A stretch of 37,431 bases of DNA from Enoplolaimus lenunculus (taxonomy: Eukaryota). Every line of letters starts with the position of its first letter. The stretch's first letter is position 1. The stretch lies in the NCBI GenBank assembly GCA_030248215.1, contig JASANG010002214.1, positions 496,001 through 533,431 on the forward strand, written 5' to 3'. The position numbers were made by a program, and so were the translations under genes. The notes beneath the pieces were generated by a model. The model worked only from the letters and a program-made list of their open reading frames with translations. It did not search any database and had not been told where the DNA came from. Shown here piece by piece: positions 11,977 to 24,700 of this stretch.

Positions 11977-14165
11977 TTAAACAGTCTTAATAATTTTGGA
12001 TTATATTATACAATCGCATTAAATTAACGAATTACTAACATCGATATAACCGTAATCTAGTAGAAAAATAACGGAACCGGCCGAAGTTACATTAAGCTGA
12101 AGACGTACATGCTCACAATAGCTATCCTTAACGTACAGTACGATTGCAAACAGTAAATGCTACGTCAAAACCATGAAAACTTGGCATATCTGACATTGAC
12201 CGGACAAGCTGATTTCTATTAAATACCACCAGCTAACCGTTCTGGTTTAATAGTTTTTCCCGGTTTGATAAAGGTCGTAGGTTAAATGCCTACTGGACGC
12301 TGTCACCTGTTAAAATTGTTTCAGCAGGTGGCACTGAAGGTCCACATCAGGTGCTGCGGCAAGGGTATTCGAGTCCGTCCAAACTGTAAATTGGACCCCG
12401 CGTAAGATGTTATCCAGGGGTACAGTTGCTGATCTGAAACAGGGGGGTGTCATATTTTATAATGCCAACCATTTTAGAACGCCCGCTGGTTATTTTAAAC
12501 TGACCAGGAGGCAGTATTAAATGCCCCCAAAATTATTTTTCCGAATTTCCCCTATTATTTAACCCCCCCCCCCCCCGGAGAATGATCGGTTCTCAGTCGT
12601 AGCCTTTTTCAACGTGAGGACTTAAATTGTTTTCATATTACATTTATATTCTATAAAATCAACGGTGGCCAATGCCAACAGTACAAGCCGAAAAATATGC
12701 AGGTAATAGAAACGTGTGAATTTGGAAATATCGAGAACAAAAATTCATTGAAGATAAATTGAAGTCCATAACTGCGAATGCTAAAACGTTTACCGAAAAT
12801 AGCAGGCAGTTCTAACTCATTCACAAACAGAAACATATGTTGCTGAAGCTGACTGGATTTTGTTTTTTCAAAAATGAATTGGCTTCCGAATCCGAGCCTT
12901 GTGCCTGTTTGAAACCAAATCCGAACTGATGGTGCCTCCCTGTTCTTTAGATCTAAATTGTGTTGATTCGTTAGTTTTATTTGTGATTCATCTCAATTGA
13001 ACAAAAGTAAACAAGTCAATTGTATGGCAATAGTTCGTGGTTTCTGTGCAGGTCCAAAATAAGTTTATTACCTATATGAAATTTAGGGCTTCCCCAATTT
13101 TGAGATCCTGGATTCGCCACTGTTTATATACCATTCGACGCAACTTGTTACGCTGAGTCGAATGGTGCTAAAATTTCTATCATTAATCCGCTGGCTTACG
13201 AGTTGCGGTTAAATAATTGACTTGGTGCAATCTCAAATGTTGTCTGTGCACCAGTCTCACTTTTTCGACCGTAGCTCGTTAGCCAGTTGCCTATAATGCC
13301 AAAAATTTACCATTATTTGACTCAACGTAACACAGTGGACACAATAAACTATTCCAAAATAAATTCAACAATGTTCCACAGTAACGCAGAAGCTTGGGGG
13401 TGTGCATTCTGTAATGTGATATATAATGGGGGGGTATTTGAAAATAACGCAGAACGTTGCAAACCAAGAACCCACCATTTTTGAATGCCGGGGGTATGAT
13501 TCAAAAATGACCAGGGGCATTGTAAAACGCCAGCGGGAGGGTCAAAGTATAAGGGAACATTATAAAGTCGGACATGGACCATAACACGGTTTCGTAATAT
13601 ATAAATAATGGTTGAACAAAACCAGTGAGTGAAGCGAACGACAAGCCGAATACGCCTTGATAATGTTAACCTAATTTGCACTACGATGAATGGGGTTAAG
13701 CGGCTAGGTTGCCGAGGCCCCATAGGTTGTAGGGGGTAGCAGAAGCGCTGGTGCAGTGCTAATTTCGTAATTAGCGCTGTATCAGCGGCATATTGTCTAG
13801 CTAACTAACTATAAAACGCATTGCCACCGTTGGATGACCAATTTACATCAACATCCGGTTCGCAGTTAGCACTATATGTAACTTCAGATAATCGAATTAA
13901 CAAAAAATAACAAAAATTCACTTTATATATCACTTGTGGACGATCCATAAACTGAAAAGTTTTCACAATACAAAAATGACAATGACATAGCTAAACGTAG
14001 TAAACACTCAAAATAGCGGTTTGCAAACGACTTAAAAGCACCTCAAATTGTCAGCTTGTGCTAGGATACGGCATTTACACTGTGAAAACTCTTTCCACTT
14101 ACTAACGAACGGATTTAGGAAAAGTGCTAAGTGGCAGACTTTATTTTTTATACCAGATAAAAATA

Positions 14166-14864
14166 CTGCAGTAACGCGAATAAGATTGGGAACACTGATA
14201 TTTATTGCGCCTCTCCAGACGGTGTCTGCCTGGCTATTCGGATTACGAGTTCTTTATAATTCAGTTGTCCTCCTAGTACTTTTATGATCAGCGTAAGACG
14301 GGGAGTGATTACGGGGAATCCCGATTTTGAATCCCATCAATTATGACATACGCCAATAATTACACGATAAAGATGCGTTTACGAGTAGCCAGTATGTGAT
14401 AGTTCTGCTTTTATTGTATTTATGTTATATAAAATATAAATCTTTAAAGATCTTTATTATGTAAGCTGGGCAAATTTGTACAGCAGTGGCGCGAACAAGA
14501 GATAGCTAATAAGATGGCGGTCACCATTTTGAATTCCAATCAATAGGAGTCTGTATTCCTAATCAGAGTTCAGTAGTGAATAGCGTTCATAAAAAAGACT
14601 AATGCAAAACAACGGTTTAGACTGCTCAAATATGTAGCAGACAATCAGATAACCTGCACAGACTGTATTAAAACCAGAAAAAAGGTTAACGGACATTGCA
14701 ATTAACAAAATCTAAGTTTTGCCCAAGAGAAAGAATGTGAAAAAAAGGATGTTGGGTCCAAATATGTGTTAATAATAAATAACAGCCCGTAACCGAATAG
14801 AAGAAGCGCATCCTCTGGAGAGGCAAACTAAATATAAATGCCCCTGTTATTCGGAACCCTACAG
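14166..14864. mobile_element. TA-flanked Tc1/mariner (pogo-like) non-autonomous element with long TIRs
   Basis: ta|ctgcagtaacgcgaataag...cctctccaga...tattcgg on the left; ccgaata...tctggagagg...cctgttattcggaaccctacag|ta on the right. TIRs homologous to 28654-29245. Confidence 0.7.
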
Positions 14865-16159
14865 TACCGACCATAAATAACTTGTTACAGTAACTTTATA
14901 CCTTTTTTGAGGATTTCCCGTATGCAAACTGTAAACACGAGTGTTATTTTACACTTAGTTTCACTTCAGAACTTAGTGCCTTACTAAATTAATTTTAGTG
15001 CGTTAATAGAAGAATAAGTTGTTTTTAGAAACGGATTACCAGTCAATTTCGAGGACGTTAAAGTTTTTATAACGAAAAATTGAACTTTAATATAAACAAC
15101 GAACGCCAACGGTAGAAATTATGGCCGTTTTTGTAAAATTAATTCATGTTGTACTTGCTGTGACGGTCATAGGAGCGATTTCGATGGAGACGGGCGGATA
15201 ATATGGTTTCAAGTAGGTATCGCGTAATTTTTTCTCCACTAAAATGCGGTTGGCTACAAAACATTTTTTGGGGGCGGGCGGGTGCGTATTGCAATTCCGC
15301 AGTAAAAATTAATACCAAAGCAAACAAATGTTTGAAGATTGTGAAAGGAAAACACGTGAGACCTGCACATTTTAACAAAATTTTTCTCGCCTACAATTTT
15401 GAAATGAAAAATGTATTAATAGAATTATCTGAGCGGAATAAAATTAACCCAACGATCAAACAGGCCATTAAAATACATCTCGAAATAGAAAACAAAAATT
15501 TGTAATTTGATTCGAAAGAACTTCAGTCACAATTTAAAAACTACTAATTGTTCATTTGTTTGGCTGAATTTGGAGTGAAAACTATGTTTTAGGGCAGGGT
15601 GACAAAATATATAATCAACAAATGTCAGTTAGGTATAGTTTTTTTAAGAAATCTTGAAAATTTGTTCTCAAAATCCTACCTACCAAATCTGTATATAGGC
15701 AAACACACCAATCGATACCAGTTTTCATTAAAATTATATGCCAAATTTCACTATCGAAAATGCCGGAACCGCCGGCCGAAAAAATTTAACCGGAGCCGAA
15801 GGTCAATTTTCCGTCGAAGCCGGATTCAGATTTGTACGCTGATAGCCACGTTGAATCTACAGTGTTTATACTTTTACTAGGTCAAACATACAGACAATAA
15901 ACCTAGAATTGCTTAAAATATAACAGCGGTTTACATGATAACAATATTACGTTGTGCAATCAGCATTAACGCAGTATATGATGTCCTGCAGCAAAAACTA
16001 TATCATGCAGTGCATCAATGTGCGTTATTACTGCGTTGCAATTTGCACAAACTACTTGGTATTAAAGAAAACTTTCATTTCAGCGCAGTCGCAAAAAAAA
16101 AAATTAACTTTAAAATTTCGATCATTTTGAAATTTTAGTAATATTTCGTTGAAAACTAT

Positions 16160-16349
16160 GGCCCATGTAAAAATCAGCGGCGTAACGTTTTCCTGTGGGA
16201 GTAGAAAAGAGTACGGTTGCTTAAGCTTTAGACTTTTTTTCGCTTGGCTTTGGCTTAGGCTTTGGTGGAATATGTTGATTCTTAGGCTTAAGCTTAGGCT
16301 TTAGGAGTATGCTTATAATACTGTTCCGCCCCCGTTCTTTACATTGGCC
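16160..16349 (+). mobile_element. Merlin-like MITE (GG...CC ends, 8-bp TSD) carrying degenerate TTAGGC repeats
   Basis: TIRs ggcccatgtaaa / tttacattggcc. Perfect TSD AAAACTAT (16152-16159, 16350-16357). Interior cttggctttggcttaggc and cttaggcttaagcttaggctttagg. Confidence 0.85.
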
Positions 16350-16554
16350 AAAACTATTAATATTAACGCAATGAACCGCTTAATTTTTGCACTAAAACAT
16401 TAGTTCACAGCGTTGCAGCATAAAACAGTTATTAGAGGAGACAAAAAGATTTTAAGATGGAAATTTCCAGTGTTTCCGTATACGCATAAATGCCCTTCGA
16501 CTTCGCTGAACAATGTTCCGGTCACGACGGACATATTCATTCGGTAGATATGAC

Positions 16555-16710
16555 CATATTCCTGAGCCTAAGCCTAAACCTTTAGTGTAACAATGAACTT
16601 ACACCTATATAAGCCTATTAACCGTAAGCGAAACATTAGTCTAAAGCTTAATCTTACCCTATTGCAGTCCTGCAGGAAAACGCTCCGACCCTGATCTTTA
16701 TACATGGTCC
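16555..16710 (-). mobile_element. Partial inverted copy of the TTAGGC-bearing MITE
   Basis: cctgagcctaagcctaaacc ... ttagtctaaagcttaa ... ctattgcagtcc ... ccctgatctttatacatggtcc, colinear with 30540-30647. Confidence 0.7.
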
Positions 16711-17229
16711 ACAGAACGGTTTACCACAGTCAGAAGCGTAAAGCTTTAGTGTAACTTGCTATTTTAAAGCATATTTACACAAACAACACTTCTTGAGGTC
16801 AACATCAACCTATTATCGACACAGCCTAAAAACAAAATAACTTCGATACAGTTGTATATACCAGAGGTGGGACAGAAGATAGAAATACTACTTCCGCCAG
16901 GCCCAAAATTTGTTGATCTGAGAGAAAAAGTATATTTACAAGATTTAAAAGAATAAACTGATTGATTCTTGAAAACACATACACTGTGGCAACACTAACA
17001 AGATAATCAGGCATAATAGCGACACGCATTGTAAATAATTCAAAGTTAAAAATTTGACTGCAACTGACTTCAACGCACAAAGACATGTGTATAGGCTAGC
17101 GAAAAATACGACTGCGTACACTTGTGCTTAACACTGAGCAAACAAGATTTACACCCGTAATTAAAATGTTTTATCACCGAGGCTGTCATTGGCTGTCAGG
17201 AAATTTCCTTCAAATTCAACGCTGATGAA

Positions 17230-17394
17230 CAGTGCCAGGGCACAACCCCTAAAGGGGAACAAATACTGACCGGTTGAAACAAAAACCGCCGAAGTTTCAA
17301 AATGCGTCCGGCTTCTCGCTCGCTTTGCTCGCGAGCTTGGGTGCTCCCACCCTGAAGTTAAGCGGGAGCCCCATCCCTGTCTGCTCCGGCACTG
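17230..17394. mobile_element. hAT-like MITE (CAGTGCC TIR family; related termini at about 143-169, 3810-3837 and 4725-4768)
   Basis: Ends cagtgccaggg / ctgctccggcactg. 8-bp TSD CTGATGAA / CTGATAAA (7/8). The terminal motif catcc..gcctgct(g/c)cggcactg recurs elsewhere in the window. Confidence 0.7.
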
Positions 17395-17791
17395 CTGATA
17401 AATTACATAACTATGCGTGTCGGTATTATGTCTAACCGCTCGGCCTACCCCCCATATACCCTTTAATTGGGGTTCCCATCCAAATAGAAACCGACCAATC
17501 AGCTCAAACTAAAAACAGCCTCAATCTTGACGCAATCGTTAATGTATCTAAAATGGCCCGCGCCACGCCTTTATTCGTGTCTCGATATTCATTTTTACGA
17601 AATATTGAAAAAAATTTAAGACTTTTTGACAAAAAAAACGTCTCAATGTTATTTTGTAAAGATTAAAAATGCACGATAACGTGGAAAAACTTTCTAAAAA
17701 GCCTTACCATTGCAACATACAAGTAACGCAGAGTTCGTGTGGAACTGATTCTCGCTGTGCAATCAACAGCTCACCGATATAAAACTTAATC

Positions 17792-17944
17792 GACCCATGT
17801 TATATTTTAATGTGCGTTCAGGTTTGCGGTGGGTCTATAAAAGAGTAGGTGTAGATTCTAGATAACACTTTTTTGCTTAGGCTTAGGCTTTAGGCTTAGG
17901 ATACGCTTAATCTACTGTTACGCCCCTTAAAGTAAACAATGGCC
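17792..17944 (+). mobile_element. Merlin-like MITE carrying TTAGGC repeats
   Basis: Ends gacccatgt / acaatggcc. Perfect TSD ACTTAATC (17784-17791, 17945-17952). Interior gcttaggcttaggctttaggcttagg. Confidence 0.8.
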
Positions 17945-18325
17945 ACTTAATCAATAGTCAATACGGACGAATAGTTTAAACTAATAGTAAAATTGTAAAC
18001 TTTGTTCTTTTTGGAGTTCGATATATGGAGGACACCGGACTGTATTAATTTTTAGACGAAAACAAATCGGGGGCGGGTGGTGTATACCCCTACCAGTTCT
18101 GTCATGCTGAAAATTTTTCAATGTATATGGTTCGTCATAATCTTTATACCAGAAAATTCCTTATTTGCCTTAGGGGAGCAAGGGACAGAAGACACCCTTG
18201 AAAAAATTGTTCTAATACACGCTTTTGGCAGAGCGACTTGGTTACAAAACTATGCCACTGGGTTGTGTTTGGGTTAAAAAAGCTCTTCTGCTGCTATAAT
18301 TACGAGTCATGAGGCATGGTATGTA

Positions 18326-18620
18326 TGTGGTAGGCCAATCTACTATTCAGGCCAATTACCTATTGGCCGACGCCAACCTGCTATTTTGCGTAATAGCAGT
18401 CTCGCCTACACTAAACTGCAACTAAACTTATACACCTATCAGATTTGATTATTTGAACAGGCGAAACACCGTTAACCAATCAGCGTTAATTTTGCATCAC
18501 TGTTGTTTTGTTACATCTTACAATCGTTATTCTTCGTAGGCCATTATGCTATTAGCTCAGAGCAACACATTGGCCTAGGCCAATAGATAATTGGCCTAAA
18601 TAGCAGATTTGCGTATGACA
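18326..18620. mobile_element. TA-flanked MITE with TGT...ACA ends and ~50-bp TIRs
   Basis: tgtggtaggccaatctactattcaggccaattacctattggcc versus ggccaatagataattggcctaaatagcagatttgcgtatgaca (inverted), with TA on both sides. Confidence 0.7.
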
Positions 18621-19564
18621 TATATGTCATACTAATAAAAACCGCAGTTTTTTTGCATTAATATTCAGCGGAAAAAATTCATGCAAACAAACAAACAAAC
18701 GAATATGACTCAAAACAGCAGTTCTGTCATGGGCGTATACAAAGGGTAGAAAAAGGCGAAATTCTCCACGGATATTCGCTGAAACGAGAAACAAGGCAGT
18801 TTGGCAGGCTTAACAATTTACTTATTCACTACGCTGGTTTGTCAAAATGTTTCTAACATAAGATAATACCCTTCCGTAACGAAATCCTAACTACGCTTTA
18901 GATCCGTGTATACATTGTGCAAACATTATAACTATAGACAGTACAATTTTAGATTAAAATATATACAGAAAATACGTCAAATATTTGAACAGATGCAAGA
19001 CTGCAGTACGTTGAAACAACAAATGGTGCAGTTAAAATTTGTATGTACTTTTAATCTGTCAACGTCTTTTGTACGCTGCGTTGAAAGTAAATTTTATAAG
19101 GGCAGAAGGTTTACAAGATAGTTGGAGATGGATACAGCTCACTAATGCATCAGAGGACCACAGCCTTGTCACATAAGTATCCGCCGGACAAGTGGCCGCC
19201 GGGCAGATGGCCGCTGGAAAAAAGACTCTCCATTCGTGCACTAAGCATTTTAGTATCAAAACCGCTACTGTGGTGCTTCAGTATGAGAATTGCTAGTAAT
19301 GGGGGCTTGAAGGGTGGCAGCCACCACTGCGTAGTATCCCATCAAGTTGCCGGGGAGAAGGTTCCACCATTTTGTCTAAATCTTAAAGGTACGAGACTGC
19401 GACGGGGGGAGTTTTTCATTGTGTGGGAAAGGAAGGGGCGGCAGCATCCCATCCTGCTTAGTATCCCTTCAAATCGCAAGAGGCTCCCACAACTTATCTT
19501 ACTGTACGTTAAAGAATGTTGCAGGGGTAACTTTTCCATTGCGTTGAGAGACTAAAAAAGTGCC

Positions 19565-20060
19565 TGGATTCTATACGTTTTAAATTTTGCACTTTTCCCG
19601 TTTTCCTAACAAAAGCTATGCGTTAGGTTTTCCCTACCAACCAAAGGAAAATCATAGGCGTTTAAAGTTTCCGCTTTTTTGTTTTCCAAACAAAGCCTAC
19701 ACTGCAAAAAATGGTGAGTCAAATTGACTCTTTCCGAAATAGGCGTATTCTGACTACACAAACTGAGTCAAATTAGACTCAATTTGAGTCTGGCGTAGTG
19801 GAATTTTGACTCAGTTTGTGTAGTCAGGAAAAGCCTGTTTCGGAGAGACTTAATTTGGCTGCACCATTTTTTGCCGTGTACTTTCAGACTTTCCATACCT
19901 AACCAGGTAAACACATTCGTTTTAAATTTTTCACTTTTCTCGTTTTCCAAACAAACTTTTACACTACAGATTTTCCCTACCGAACCAGGAAATATCTAGG
20001 TTTAGGAATTTTCCAGTTTTCACACCCAAACTTATGTCTGTGATTTTTTTGTACCAAACG
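19565..20060. repeat. Degenerate ~80-bp tandem repeat (about 4 units) interrupted by a MITE
   Basis: The motif tttaaattttNcacttttcNcgttttccaaacaaa recurs at about 19578, 19660, 19919 and 20000, interleaved with ttttccctaccNaaccagg. Confidence 0.6.
19700..19878. mobile_element. Foldback MITE with CACTG-type (CACTA/EnSpm-like) ends (copy 1)
   Basis: ta|cactgcaaaaaatggtg ... caccattttttgccgtg|ta. Nearly whole-length palindrome (tgactacacaaactgagtcaaa / tttgactcagtttgtgtagtca). Confidence 0.8.
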
Positions 20061-20831
20061 AGTGAAGTTCCTGGTGGCCGTCCGCAAGCTTTCCAGCCGA
20101 AATTCCGAATCATTTTTACAATATCGGATGCACTATATTCGTTTCAAAATTTGTTTTACACCGTGCTTCGACACATTTGACGTTTTATGATTTATAAATT
20201 TAAGCAATATTTTTTCCTTTGCCTACTTAACAAATGCTTAAACAGATAGCAATAACCTGCCAAAAACCTCGAACCGCGTGGCGTGGAGTGATCTGACTGA
20301 TTATATGAGTCGGCCGTGTATAATTGGCCGAACCGCTCCCCAGCTTTCAGCAAACTGGATCACTAAGAACCTCCGGCTAAACCATTCGGTTAAGTACAAC
20401 ATTATTAAAAACTGATATTTGTAAAAATACTTGCACAAACAACCACGTAAAAAGTATAAATATGTAAAGTTGGCAAATGAAAATTTAACAAATTTTTTAG
20501 GTCAGAAACAAAGGTTTCATCCGTTAAAAATGCGAGACCTTGATTTTGAGTTCGAAATAAAAAATTTATTTATGTCAAACAAAACGTAACTTCGAAATAA
20601 GTATAAAAACCATGTATTTGCGCTTCGTTATCAACAAACGAAATTTTCTCACTGGAGAGTTGTTTTAAATTTTAATGAAGTTTTTCGTTCGCAAGAAATA
20701 ATAAATCCTCTGGGAAGTAAAATTGTTGTTGTGAAATTGAAACCTAACACAGTTCGTCTAAAGTCCAGCCGTTCCGCACATGGCTGGGGGTAAAGACATG
20801 GCGGGCTGCAGCTATACAGAACACCAGCTCA

Positions 20832-21038
20832 CACTCCAAAAATTGGCGAGTCAAACTGACCCGCTCCGAAATAAGCTCTGCGGGACTACATAAACTGAAC
20901 CAAATTCAACTCCACCAGAGTCAAACGTGCGACTCAGAGAGTTGAATTTGACTCTGGCGGAATCGAATTTAACTCAGTTTGTGTAGTTCCGTAGAGCCTA
21001 TTTCGGACAGTGACTTTGACTCACCATTTTTTGCTGTG
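20832..21038. mobile_element. Foldback MITE with CACTG-type ends (copy 2)
   Basis: cactccaaaaattggcgagtcaaa ... tttgactcaccattttttgctgtg|ta. Shares actcagtttgtgtagt and tccgaaata with copy 1. Confidence 0.8.
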
Positions 21039-21797
21039 TATGTCTAGCACAGGGGCTTCCCGTTTTTTCAGTTGTGAAAAGTTTGATTTGTTTGGAAAAC
21101 ATGAAAAGTGAAAAATTCAAACGCATAGATTAAGATTTTTTGGCAGACAGTTAATAAGATTTCAATCTGTGCGAAAAGACCGCGAGCGCTGTGCACCGCA
21201 ATCTGGGAGTTGGAAAACGTGCCTCCTGCACACCAATTCATGCGCTTAATGCTTCCCTTCGCTTCAAAATGCGAAATGTTTTTCCTAAGATGTTCCGCAT
21301 GCATGGTTATCTAGTAGCATGGTATGTGGTAGCATCAAACCGAAATTCTATTCGGCCGCAGTTTCAGTACGAAAATCTAAGTTCTGGTTCCTGCTAACTG
21401 CAGAATATTGGAAAACGGATGTCCAATTTCACTATTGAATTTTTCGTATTTTTGCAAAAGGTTAAGCTCGTTCTACAAGAAGAAAGCCACGTTAACTTTT
21501 GGGCTACGTTTCTCAATAATGGTTTATAAAAAATGTTGAGCAGTTGTATATTTTTACATAGCTAGTGTCACCAATTTCCTTCCTCAGATGTCTCATTTGT
21601 TTCATCGTATTGATACTTCGGTTTTCTAAAATAATAGATGTCTGTGGAATTCTTCTAGTATGAATTCTGGGATCGGTTGTGATTTGGATAAAACGTTGAG
21701 ACTTACTGCAGTCCAAAATACTTTTGTTGATTTTCTGGTTGTAATATTAATAATATAGCGAATTGCACCGTGTTTCAAAGTAGTTTGTGTTTTTAGA

Positions 21798-24700
21798 ATG
21801 GGACATCAGTTCCCAAATCTGGATATTAGGGTATCATGTTCTTCTTATGCCAGAGCATCTGATTCATCTAAAAAGTTTACGGTATAGTTTGGCTTTATAT
21901 TTTAATGTAACTAACTTTTTACGCTGGTTGCTCTCAAACTATGATAAAGTTAGATCAGCAAGGTTTATATAGATATTTAGCTGGATTTTAAGTTTGTCTG
22001 CTTGCTTCGCATACGCAGTGTTAGCAATATCTACATAAGGTACATTGATTTCGTTCTTAATGTATATAGAACTGAGACGCATATATAGGTTATACGTTAT
22101 ATTAAAAGCATATTTTATGCTTTAAATTTTATTTCAGGTGTACAAAATAGTGATCAAGGACGACGCAAACACGTCTTGTCTGTTCAGAAGATACAACGAA
22201 TTTCATAGTTTATATGATGCGGTATGCGTTTATACATAGTCGAAGGTCAAAATATCGCTACGTACCGCTTATCTGGTTCTAAGTCTGTAATACATTTGCA
22301 ATCTTAATATTTTAACTTATACTATTGTGACACACTTAACTGTCTTTATGTCTTGATTGGATTATTTTTGCTAATTTGAGTAACTATTTTAGCTTCACAA
22401 AACATATCCCGACGTCAAATGGAAATTTCCACCAAAACGACTAATCGGGAATATGAAGCCAGAATTTGTAGAGTCACGCAAACATGATCTCGATGATTTT
22501 GTGCAGTGTATTGTATCAAATCCAAAATGTTTACAAAAGTAAGTACGTACATAATTTGTTTTATCAGGTTTGACTACATTTTTATGCCTAACGAAGAATT
22601 TAAGCCAATTTATTTTTGTTTGTAATTGTGCACAGCAGTGTAAATACTGCAAAATACAAAATGGCTAGAAACTTCTCTGCGTATAAGCCTGCAGCTTTTA
22701 AACACATTTATTCGCACGTCGAGATCCATTAGTTAATCAAATGCAACGCTCTATATACTGCAGCAGTTGTCGAAATCAATCCAGCTCACCATTATGTGGA
22801 AAACTGATTGGCAAAGCCGATACCATTCGCGTGAAAGCTGATGGTTATCAAAATGCTTCTATTTGGTTTTATATTTTTAGCGAACTGGTTCAACAGTTTT
22901 TCAATTTAGAAGGTCATTTGAATCGCTGTGAAAGCCGCTCTAGTGATTCCGATTTGGACGAAGTACTTTCTTTTCTATTTTTTCTTCTTGTTGTAACTTA
23001 TTCACGTATGAATACTGTTTATGTAGTTTGGATTGTGCTGTAATATTGCGCTGGTTTATGTGCATTTTCGCTAGATGAGTGTATATTGAAATTTTTGTAG
23101 TTCATAACATTTGTTTGTAATCCCTATGTGCACAACTACGTAATTCTGATGTTCATTTCAGGATAAGTCACAGGACAATAGTCAATTTCGCCTTAACCTC
23201 GGGTTGTCTGAAAAAGTAACGTAAGTGTATAGCCGATTGTTATTTTGTTAATTTTAACCTTCATTAAATGCAATGCGGCAAAATTGGTCGAGACGTCCTT
23301 TAATACAAGCGTCTAAATCGTAGGTGACATCATGCTGTATGTACGCAATAATATATGCTGCATTGCTGAAAAAGATATCCTCTGAAGTTTATAAAATAAA
23401 TGTTTCATTTGTTTCTGTATAAAATGATGTTTGTTTTAGGGCTAAGCCGTCCGATTTCGAGTTTCTAATGGTGATCGGCAAAGGAAGCTTTGGAAAAGTA
23501 CGAAAGTCGTTTCATGACGCTTTACCTTAACTCACGTACTTACCGACTCTATTTAACACTTACAATAACTCTAAAGAATTACTGCACATTTCTACCCGTA
23601 TTTTTGAACAAACACGAAATAGCTCAAATGCGCAGCACATAAATATTTTACTGATAATTAGTGAACTATCATGTGAAACTGACGAATTAAACTCAGATTG
23701 GAACGTAATTAAATAGTGAGTAGTATTTTATGTCTTAGATTAGATAGAGTAATATAAGCTTAACATAATTAGGCTGTTCTGATGCCACTTACCGAGTTCA
23801 TTACATCATTTCAGGTCTTCGTAGGACGTCGAAAGGAAGATTCAACGGTGTACGCAATTAAAGTTGTACAAAAATCGGCGTTAAAAAAAGAAAACGACAT
23901 CAAGCATTTGTGGAGTGAACGCAACGTTTTGCTGAAAAATATAAAGCATCCATTTTTAATTGGTCTCCACTACAGTTTTCAAACTGCTGAAAAATTATAT
24001 TTTGTGCTTGATTATGTCAACGGTGGCGAGGTTAGCGGTAGTATGTATGTATATATTATCATCAGTTGAAGTGTTTTAATACCTATCAATATTACGTCAT
24101 TTTGCATAGAATCTGTCTTGAAACATTTGTGACGAACGTTACCTTTGCTTGAACTTTGCCATAGGAGATGGATTATTTGCTTTTATTCAAAACTCATTAA
24201 CTAGGTTAACAGTGGTAGGACAGAACATAACATTCTTGCATTTTTTAAATTAACATCGTTTTATGTTAAACAAGATACACTGTTGCTTGTAAGACAATAA
24301 TGTATGCAGCTGGCTTTTCTCTAGTTTGAGCATTACTAGCGTTGTCAAACTCCTAAAGTTCCTTCTCATCCAAAATTAACTTTTGTAGCGTGTACAGTTT
24401 TTATTTGTTGTTTTAGCTTTTTTATCACCTCCAACGAGAAGGGTCTTTCTCTGAAGTCAGAGCTCGATTTTATACTGCCGAATTGGCATCTGCCATTGGT
24501 TACTTGCATTCTGAAAATATCATTTATCGGTATGTTTTTAGTATATGAAATGATTTAATTTTTCAGAAAGGTAGAATGTATACAGCGTGCGTATGTTAGT
24601 CTGTTATCAGGTTTGACTTAACCTCTCACAGTAATGCAGGGCTTTAGACCGGATTCTAGACTGCGAAGCAAAATGTACGACAACTACAAGAGTAACTATA

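Noticed and set aside
17875..17900. True telomere or chromosome-fusion scar
   Set aside because: Only about 4 degenerate TTAGGC units, enclosed by TIRs and an 8-bp TSD.
19145..19555. 136-aa ORF as a gene
   Set aside because: No recognisable domain. It begins in a 15-bp tandem repeat (ccgccggacaagtgg) and runs through G-rich repeat-like DNA.
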